Positions 58,011 through 64,000 of a stretch of DNA of 64,000 nucleotides are shown here, piece after piece; the stretch's first letter is position 1; every line of letters begins with the position of its first letter. The notes below the pieces were generated by a model, which was not told where the DNA came from, made no database searches, and worked only from the letters and a program-made list of their open reading frames with translations. Origin of the DNA: an uncultured Alteromonadaceae bacterium (GTDB lineage: Bacteria; Pseudomonadota; Gammaproteobacteria; Pseudomonadales; Halieaceae); NCBI GenBank assembly GCA_964590005.1, contig CAZPVJ010000013.1, positions 17,363-81,362 on the forward strand, given 5' to 3'. A program made the translations under genes and the position numbers.

Positions 58011-59174
58011 TCAGGGTTTATCCGCACCGACAACCCACATCGAAAAGAATTGCGCGCCCCCGCCATAGGCATGCCCCATGGCCAACCTGGCTCCTTCCAC
58101 CTGGTGATCTCCAGCGTCGCCACGCACCTGCCTGGCAGCCTCGGCGAAACGAATCATTCCTGACGCGCCAATCGGGTTGGAGGACAGCACACCACCGGAG
58201 CAATTCCAGGGAATATCACCGCCCTCATCCAGCGAGGTCGCACCCTCCATCGTGAGCTTCCAACCCTCACCCTCCTCGGCAAAACCGAGATTTTCCAGCC
58301 ACATTGGCTCGTACCAGCTGAAGGGAACATAAATCTCGGCACAATCGAGATCTCGGCGTGGGTTGGTGATACCCGCTTGCCGATAGACATCCGCCGCGCA
58401 ATCCCGTCCTGCCTGGGGGTTTACCTCTTCCCTGCCCGCATACATGGTCGGCTCCGAGCGCATGGCACCGCCCCGAATCCACGCGGGCGGCTTGGGCGAT
58501 TGCTCGGCCAGGGTTTCGTTCGCGATTACCATCGCACAGGCGCCATCGGAAGACGGGCAGGCCTCGAGAAAACGCAGTGGGTCCCAAAGCATAAAGGAAT
58601 CCCTGACTTCTTCCATGGTGATATCGGGCTTTTGCAAATGGGCCAGAGGATTACGTGCACCGTGAAGTCGATCTTTGACCGCCACTTTGATGCCGACATC
58701 AGCCGGTGCCTTGGACCGGCGAATATACTCGCGAATGATCGGCGCAAAGTATCCGCCGGCACCGGCATTGAGGTGCACCGAGAACGGCTGGGGGGTCGAC
58801 AGCGCCCACATTGCATTGGACTCAGATTGCTTCTCGAAGGTCACCGTCAGAATGCGTTTGAACATACCGCTTTGCACATGGGAAGCGGCCACCAGCGCTG
58901 TCGAGCCACCCACCGATCCCGCGGTATGGACACGCATCATCGGCTTGCCATTACAGCCCAGTGCATCGGCGAGATAGATTTCAGGCATTACCACGCCCTC
59001 GAACATATCGGGCGCCTTGCCAATAATCACTGCGTCGATGTCGTCGAATCCCAGGCCCGCGTCGTCCAGCGCATTCTGCGCCGCTTCTCGCAGCAAGCCG
59101 GCGATGGAAACGTCGCCTCGCTTGGTCTGGTAACTCGTTTGCCCTATGCCAACTACTGCCGCCAACTCTGCCAT
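58011..59174 (-). CDS. Thiolase-fold protein, SCP-x / lipid-transfer (Ltp) type
   Basis: 387 aa. VVGIGQTSY at the N-terminus and NCSGGVLSSNPIGASGM near the C-terminus. The position where thiolases carry the nucleophilic Cys reads RVHTAGSVGGSTAL. The start codon overlaps the upstream stop (TAATG). Confidence 0.8.
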   Translation of the reverse strand: MAELAAVVGIGQTSYQTKRGDVSIAGLLREAAQNALDDAGLGFDDIDAVIIGKAPDMFEGVVMPEIYLADALGCNGKPMMRVHTAGSVGGSTALVAASHVQSGMFKRILTVTFEKQSESNAMWALSTPQPFSVHLNAGAGGYFAPIIREYIRRSKAPADVGIKVAVKDRLHGARNPLAHLQKPDITMEEVRDSFMLWDPLRFLEACPSSDGACAMVIANETLAEQSPKPPAWIRGGAMRSEPTMYAGREEVNPQAGRDCAADVYRQAGITNPRRDLDCAEIYVPFSWYEPMWLENLGFAEEGEGWKLTMEGATSLDEGGDIPWNCSGGVLSSNPIGASGMIRFAEAARQVRGDAGDHQVEGARLAMGHAYGGGAQFFSMWVVGADKP

Positions 59175-60232
59175 TACACGGCCTCCAGAACTGTTACCAG
59201 GTTGTGTTGCAGGCAGGGACCACTGGTGGTGTGAGCAACACCTCGCGATGCGTCACCCGCCACAATGCGATTAAAGACCTCGCCAATGCGTGAGAGGCCC
59301 GAGGCCATCATCAGGTTACCGGCGAGCACGCCGCCACTGGGGTTGATCACCGTGGTCTCTTGCAGGCCAAGTGCCCGCGCCAGAATAATTTCCTGGTGAC
59401 TGAAGGGCGCGTATAACTCGGCAACATCAACCGCACCATCAGCGACGCCTGCCGCCTCTGCTGCCTGTCTTGTTGATACCGAATCGGTGAGGTCACGCAT
59501 GCCCAGGTTGTGCGTTTCCATACGATGATCCATGCCGGTAATCAGGGCATAGGGGACACCCCACTCCCTGGCTTTCTCTGGCGTGCAGATAATCATGGCC
59601 GAGGCACCATCAGATATCGGACTGCAATCCGATTTGCGCAGCGGTGACAGGTAAGTCTCCTCCGCGAGTACGTCATCGGCACTCATGTTGCCTTTGAGCT
59701 GCGCGTGCGGATTGCTCAACGCATTATTGCGAGAGCGCGCTACTACCTCCGCCATGTCACGCTCACTGATCAGCCCCTGATCCAGCATCAATCGGGCCTG
59801 CATCGCGTTCAGCGACACGTAATCCACCCACAGTGGTGCGAGGTAGTAAGGATCCAGTTGCTGCGAGAGGACTATCGGCAGCTCCCCGGGGGACGATTTG
59901 CTGAAACCGTAAATCAGCGCAGATTCTGCCTGGCCCATACGAATCTTCAAGATCGATTCGTAAATCGCCCAGGCGGCATCCATCTCTACGTGGGATTCCT
60001 TGATGGGCGGGACGGCACCGAGCGCATCAACGCCCGCCACGAATGCGAATGCCGCGCCCTGCAGGTAGTCGCAGCTACCGGAGCAAACAAAATCTACATC
60101 CTGCGCGTTATTGATTCCCACCTGGTCGTAGACCGCACGTAACTGCGGCATGATCAGCTCGACTTCGTTGGCGACACCGGCGTGTGGTACGCAATCGGAC
60201 TGGCTGTAGGCTACAACAGCTATCTCTTTCAT
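59174..60232 (-). CDS. Thiolase-fold protein (second, divergent Ltp-like subunit)
   Basis: 352 aa. IAVVAYSQS at the N-terminus and INPSGGVLAGNLMMASGL near the C-terminus. Confidence 0.72.
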   Translation of the reverse strand: MKEIAVVAYSQSDCVPHAGVANEVELIMPQLRAVYDQVGINNAQDVDFVCSGSCDYLQGAAFAFVAGVDALGAVPPIKESHVEMDAAWAIYESILKIRMGQAESALIYGFSKSSPGELPIVLSQQLDPYYLAPLWVDYVSLNAMQARLMLDQGLISERDMAEVVARSRNNALSNPHAQLKGNMSADDVLAEETYLSPLRKSDCSPISDGASAMIICTPEKAREWGVPYALITGMDHRMETHNLGMRDLTDSVSTRQAAEAAGVADGAVDVAELYAPFSHQEIILARALGLQETTVINPSGGVLAGNLMMASGLSRIGEVFNRIVAGDASRGVAHTTSGPCLQHNLVTVLEAV

Positions 60233-60236
60233 CAGC

Positions 60237-60794
60237 TCACTCCTCCCAACTCGCCGGTATGCCCGAAGCCGGTAAGCCCGAAGCCGGTATGCCCTCGACC
60301 GGGACCTGCCCTATTCTGGCAACCGGAACATCGGGTTCATCAAGGGGTTTGAAGTAGCGGATGTTATCCATGGCGTAATCCCACTCTTCGCTGGGTTTCC
60401 AAACCGCCTGCACCCGCTGGCCAATATGCACGTCCTCGTTGACGCACTCGCTCATCAGGTGGATGAAGGAGATATTCGCCCCATCTGCCACGAGGTTGGC
60501 CACGACATAGGGCGGCTCGATGGGGTTGTTGGGGATAGGGATGGCCACAATAGTGAAGGACTGGACCGTCGCCTTGTCGGAGAGCTCCACCTCCTCTTCG
60601 GTGGGAACACCACAGGCCGGACAGGACCCCCGTGGCGGGATATACACATTGGCGCAGCTGGGGCAGCGCTGCCCTGTTAATACGCCCTCCTTGAGTCGGG
60701 ACAGGAACCGGGACGGCGCCAGTCCTGCCGTAAAGTTGTACTGCAGGTAAATCGGGGCTTCGATATCGGTGATCATTTCGTTCTGGTCGCTCAT
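60237..60794 (-). CDS. DUF35 protein: zinc ribbon plus OB fold
   Basis: The rubredoxin-like ribbon CPSCANVYIPPRGSCPACG is followed by an OB-like segment (ATVQSFTIV...VVANLVADGANISFIHLM...GQRVQAVW). Confidence 0.8.
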   Translation of the reverse strand: MSDQNEMITDIEAPIYLQYNFTAGLAPSRFLSRLKEGVLTGQRCPSCANVYIPPRGSCPACGVPTEEEVELSDKATVQSFTIVAIPIPNNPIEPPYVVANLVADGANISFIHLMSECVNEDVHIGQRVQAVWKPSEEWDYAMDNIRYFKPLDEPDVPVARIGQVPVEGIPASGLPASGIPASWEE

Positions 60795-60803
60795 AGTCTG
60801 CTC

Positions 60804-61244
60804 CTACACCAGTTCGAAGTACTGGATATCGTCGATGAAACCGCGAGGCTCATCTGCCCAGACCGCTCGCACCCTCGCGCCGGTTACCACCGCGTCTTCC
60901 GATGGTGCCTTGACGCAATGCACCATGGGCACATCGGCGCCTTCCAGGCGTATCATCGCCCAGGCAAAAGGCTGGTCCAGGGGATGGGCCGCACGCGGGT
61001 GCTTTACCCAGCACCAACTGGCTATGTCGCCTTCCTGGCCCACTTCAACAAAGTCACTGAGTGCCTCTGCGGTATCGGGGTCATACTCCATGGGCGGAAC
61101 AATAACGCGTCCATCGCTGGCGCGATTGCCAAGGATTTGTCGGTTGCGTAATCCGGTGAGGAACCGGCCTACCACCGGGCCTGTGGATCGGGTGTAGGTG
61201 AAGCCAAGCTCAAACGCCTGGCTGAGAACTTCAGGCTGCGTCAC
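60804..61244 (-). CDS. DUF35-like OB-fold protein lacking the zinc-ribbon cysteines
   Basis: FLTGLRNRQILGNRASDGRVIVPPMEYDPDT sits where the ribbon should be and has no Cys. It is followed by an OB-like segment (WAMIRLEGADVPMVHCV...GARVRAVW). I prefer the GTG at 61244, preceded by AGGAG; the track start is 61310. Confidence 0.6.
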   Translation of the reverse strand: MTQPEVLSQAFELGFTYTRSTGPVVGRFLTGLRNRQILGNRASDGRVIVPPMEYDPDTAEALSDFVEVGQEGDIASWCWVKHPRAAHPLDQPFAWAMIRLEGADVPMVHCVKAPSEDAVVTGARVRAVWADEPRGFIDDIQYFELV

Positions 61245-61503
61245 AATGATGGCGCTCCTAGGATGCAAACAGGGGATATCGAGTATCCGGTAGCCTCTGA
61301 TCGTTCTCAATGACGAGAAGGATCATGTGCTTATGACTTTTGCGCTCACTCACAAACCCCTGGTGGTAGCCAGGTCGCCTTACTTATACCAGCATACGGT
61401 GAATACCCACGCATGCTTTCCCGTGCGCAAAAATAATTCATAATGCGCGCTGCACTCTTTCGGCGGACTGCCGCCGGGCTTTACCCGTAAAAAGGAGCAC
61501 ACG

Positions 61504-62409
61504 ATGGGCGTTGCCAGTATTGGTTACCTGAGAATTGAAGCCACGGATACCGCTGCATGGATGGACTTTGGGACCAACATCCTGGGCCTGATGGATGCTG
61601 GTCTGGACGATGCCGAGGGCGCCTCGTTCCTGCGGATGGACGACCACCCATTTCGGTTCATGCTGGAGCCGGGTGAGGCAGATCGCCTGTTGGCCTGTGG
61701 CCTTGAATTTCGGGACCAGGCCACCTGGGAGGTTACCTGCCAGGGTTTGGCTGCTGCTGGCCACGAACTGACCGCTGGGACTGCCGAGCAGGCGGCCAGA
61801 CGCCGCGTGAGTGGCTTTGCATCGGTAACAGATCCCTCTGGCAACCTGTTGGAGCTATATTACGGACGCATGCTGGATTACGCCCCGCTAATATCGCCGG
61901 TTGGCATACGTCAGTTCATTACGGGCGACGAGATTACCGGCGATATGGGCTTCGGCCACGCCGTCCTGCCGGCGCCGGCGACCGAAGAGACCATTACCTT
62001 TTACCAGGACCTTATCGGTCTGGGCCCCAGTGACGACCTGTATCCACCAATGCCCGAGGGCGCACCGGATACCCGAGTGTATTTCATGCATGCCGACAAT
62101 CCACGTCAGCACTCGCTAGCCCTCTACAATCACCCTCACCCCGCGGGCGTTGTCCACATCATGGTGGAGGTGGAAAGTCTGGACGAGGTCGGGCGAGCGA
62201 TGGAACGGGTCAAGACGGCAGGCTTGCCGCTTTTCGCTACGCTGGGACGTCACGTCAATGACAATATGTGCAGCTTTTATGTCATGGCGCCAGGCGGTAT
62301 CGCGGTCGAGTATGGCTACGACGGGCTCCTGATTGACTGGGAGGATTATCAGCCAACGGTGAGCACGGTGGGCGACCTGTGGGGGCACGAGTACAACGTG
62401 CCCGGCTAA
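61504..62409 (+). CDS. Two-domain type I extradiol ring-cleavage dioxygenase (BphC/HsaC/TesB-like, VOC superfamily)
   Basis: 301 aa. The N-terminus IGYLRIEATDTAAWMDFGTNILGLM, GFGHAVL, HIMVEV and a C-terminal GHEY are typical of 2,3-dihydroxybiphenyl-type dioxygenases. Confidence 0.85.
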   Translation: MGVASIGYLRIEATDTAAWMDFGTNILGLMDAGLDDAEGASFLRMDDHPFRFMLEPGEADRLLACGLEFRDQATWEVTCQGLAAAGHELTAGTAEQAARRRVSGFASVTDPSGNLLELYYGRMLDYAPLISPVGIRQFITGDEITGDMGFGHAVLPAPATEETITFYQDLIGLGPSDDLYPPMPEGAPDTRVYFMHADNPRQHSLALYNHPHPAGVVHIMVEVESLDEVGRAMERVKTAGLPLFATLGRHVNDNMCSFYVMAPGGIAVEYGYDGLLIDWEDYQPTVSTVGDLWGHEYNVPG

Positions 62410-62415
62410 AGATCC

Positions 62416-62847
62416 TCAGTTGGCCTTCATCCACTGACCCATCGCGTTGACAGTCTCGATGTTGAGCTGTCCTGCCAGTCCCGCTTCGCGGTGTACGGCG
62501 ATCGCCTGGTACTCTTCCGACATAATCATGTCCAGCATGGCCTGGCGTGAGGGATATTGGGCAATCGCCACCTGGTCCCATAGTTCCTCGACCTCGCCCA
62601 GCATCAAGCGAGAAACCTGGGCTGAGAAAAGCATCGCGCCACCCAGACTATTGACGATCTTGGCCACTTCAACACCGTAGAGGCCAAAAGCTTCTGCCCC
62701 GGACAACTCGGTCTCGCGACCATCTGCGTACTCGGCCCTGTCGCGAAACTTGAGCAGGTTAACCATGCTAATGGGTCCCTCCGCCGAGGGCTCAGAGAAT
62801 CCCTGGAGCTGCTCATCGTTCGGATGCAATTTATTTTCTACCTTCAT
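62416..62847 (-). CDS. DUF1330-like (dimeric alpha/beta-barrel) protein
   Basis: VAIAQYPSRQAMLDMIMSEEYQAIAVHREAGL resembles the DUF1330 C-terminal signature. I prefer the ATG at 62847 (MKVENK). Confidence 0.6.
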   Translation of the reverse strand: MKVENKLHPNDEQLQGFSEPSAEGPISMVNLLKFRDRAEYADGRETELSGAEAFGLYGVEVAKIVNSLGGAMLFSAQVSRLMLGEVEELWDQVAIAQYPSRQAMLDMIMSEEYQAIAVHREAGLAGQLNIETVNAMGQWMKAN

Positions 62848-63021
62848 TTCCTCGCCCTCATTAGTAAGCTGCACACCGGCTACCGGTCTCGCGGATAAAA
62901 TGGAGCGAGCACCATAACGCAGAAGATTCTGGAAACAAAATCAGGCAAACGAGGTCTAACTGGCAAGGCATAGCTGGTGCAGCCCCCAGTCGCGTTACCC
63001 ATGGCCTGTTCTATACTGCAT

Positions 63022-63552
63022 ATGATGAAGACACTTTTTCGCTACAGTTTGCTGATAATCGGTGTGACGGGCATCCCGCTGGCCAGCGCCCAGACCGTCT
63101 ACAAAACCGTGGATGAAAGCGGGGCTGTCAGTTTTTCAGATACACCACCTGCCGGTGACACCGAGGCGGAGACATTGCAGATCAACGCGCCGCCACCCAG
63201 CTCTGACCCGACGCAACAGGCCAATCTGGAAGCGATGCGGGAAACCACCGATCGAATGGCTGAAGACCGGCGAGAGCGGGAAAAACACCGCGCCGAAATG
63301 CGCGAGATCCAGGCGAGAAACACTGCTGGTGATAGCAACCAGAGCAACATGGATGACTATTACGACAGTTACTATCCCATTTATACCGGCTACAACAATC
63401 GCCGTTACTACAATCATCGGCCACCCTACCGCCCGGGTTTCAGGCCTAAGCCCGAGCACCCCATCGCGCGGCCACCCCACCGCCCGATACCCCGGGATAC
63501 CGGTTCCAACAATTCGCAATTGATGCGACCGATAGTATCGGGGAAACGCTAG
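63022..63552 (+). CDS. DUF4124 domain-containing secreted protein with a Tyr/Pro/Arg-rich tail
   Basis: Signal peptide MMKTLFRYSLLIIGVTGIPLASA, then VYKTVDESGAVSFSDTPP (a DUF4124 hallmark). Confidence 0.7.
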   Translation: MMKTLFRYSLLIIGVTGIPLASAQTVYKTVDESGAVSFSDTPPAGDTEAETLQINAPPPSSDPTQQANLEAMRETTDRMAEDRREREKHRAEMREIQARNTAGDSNQSNMDDYYDSYYPIYTGYNNRRYYNHRPPYRPGFRPKPEHPIARPPHRPIPRDTGSNNSQLMRPIVSGKR

Positions 63553-64000
63553 CCGGCCGGAACGTGCTGGGTAATACAGTGGATATTGCCGCCGCCCAGC
63601 AGAACCTCCCGACTGGGCACGCCCACTACCTCATGGTTGGGGAAGACCCCCCGCAATATCTCCAGCGCTTGCGGGTCTCGCGCCGGGTCCAGCTGGGGAC
63701 AGATGACTCGCCGGTTAGTGATCAGGAAATTGGCGTAGGAGCCACCCAACCTTTCCCCTGCCCGCCGATTGGCATGGCCCGAGGAGCGCAGGCCGGCAAA
63801 CTCTTCTTCAGTCATGTACAACGGGCCGGGAATTGGCAACCTGTGGATGACGATTTCGCGCCCGCCGGCATCTCGCGCCGCCTGCAATTCTGCCTCGGCT
63901 TCGCGACAAATCTCGTACATAGGATCAGCAGGGTCATCACACCAGCTCAGCACGACTTCACCCGGTGACACCACGTGAAGCAGATTATCGATATGCCCGT
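63549..64000 (-). CDS. aguA: Agmatine deiminase / peptidyl-arginine deiminase family protein, partial; the N-terminus lies beyond the right edge
   Basis: The C-terminus LLGGGNIHCITQHVPAG carries the catalytic Cys context. The frame stays open to the window end through ...GHIDNLLHVVSPGE. Confidence 0.8.
   Translation of the reverse strand, partial: GHIDNLLHVVSPGEVVLSWCDDPADPMYEICREAEAELQAARDAGGREIVIHRLPIPGPLYMTEEEFAGLRSSGHANRRAGERLGGSYANFLITNRRVICPQLDPARDPQALEILRGVFPNHEVVGVPSREVLLGGGNIHCITQHVPAG

Noticed and set aside
1316-59234. Numerous long antisense or alternative-frame ORFs (for example 1316..2026+, 16034..16816-, 32706..33281-, 42427..43065-, 45175..45714+, 49078..50001+, 52415..53122-, 58377..59234+) as possible overlapping genes
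   Set aside because: Each is fully embedded in a gene with strong family motifs on the other strand or in another frame. They have no recognisable motifs, biased low-complexity composition and no SD-like sequence that I could see. They are the expected by-product of high GC content.
54011-62409. Calling the right-hand cluster a canonical steroid (cholesterol/cholate/testosterone) degradation locus
   Set aside because: The HsaC/TesB-like dioxygenase, Ltp-like thiolases, DUF35 proteins and racemase-like protein are suggestive. However, hallmark genes (kshA/kshB, kstD, hsaA/hsaB/hsaD, fadD3/ipdAB-type CoA transferase, kstR) are not visible in the window. The substrate is left open.
1-64000. Mobile elements, integrases, tRNA/rRNA genes, toxin-antitoxin pairs, CRISPR arrays
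   Set aside because: I scanned the ORF translations and intergenic spacers and found no transposase, integrase or recombinase motifs. I also found no tRNA-like cloverleaf candidates in the few spacers longer than 100 nt, no small adjacent TA-like ORF pairs and no direct-repeat arrays.

Overview
This is a GC-rich, densely coding chromosomal segment. Its gene order (lptG-lptF / pepA-holC-valS, rapA, finR-fpr, ribBX) looks gammaproteobacterial, Pseudomonadales/Cellvibrionales-like; this is a judgement by eye, not a computed assignment. I found no rRNA, tRNA, CRISPR array, integrase, transposase or prophage signature, so this is not an obvious mobile or defence island.

The left third (1-27 kb) is mostly housekeeping:
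- a TPP enzyme (partial), trhO and bolA
- an OmpR-type two-component pair
- lptFG, pepA, holC, valS
- two cold-shock genes
- a TetR/DUF3604/methyltransferase group
- a WS/DGAT wax-ester synthase, TatD and RapA

The right two thirds (27-62 kb) are unusually rich in acyl-CoA metabolism paralogues:
- 4 crotonases and 5 thiolase-fold genes
- 2 acyl-CoA ligases and 1 ACAD
- 1 family-III CoA-transferase/racemase and 1 carboxyltransferase
- 1 APH-like kinase and 2 DUF35 proteins

These are interleaved with regulators and core genes: fpr, sprT, a DUF748 giant protein, a FabY-like ketosynthase and ribBX.

The best candidates for something under-described are:
1. A tightly coupled operon of 2 DUF35 proteins, 2 thiolase-like proteins, a ligase and a crotonase, divergent from a lone extradiol dioxygenase (55.5-62.4 kb).
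2. A fabY-like / TVP38-FAD oxidoreductase fusion / extended thiolase-like operon (44.8-50.5 kb).
3. A WS/DGAT carrying a histone-H1/PhaF-like Lys-Ala-Pro repeat tail.
4. A membrane-anchored cold-shock-domain protein.
5. An orphan minus-strand terminator, and so a possible sRNA, divergent from a LysR gene.

All functional calls rest on my reading of the translated ORFs and recalled family motifs. No database search was run.
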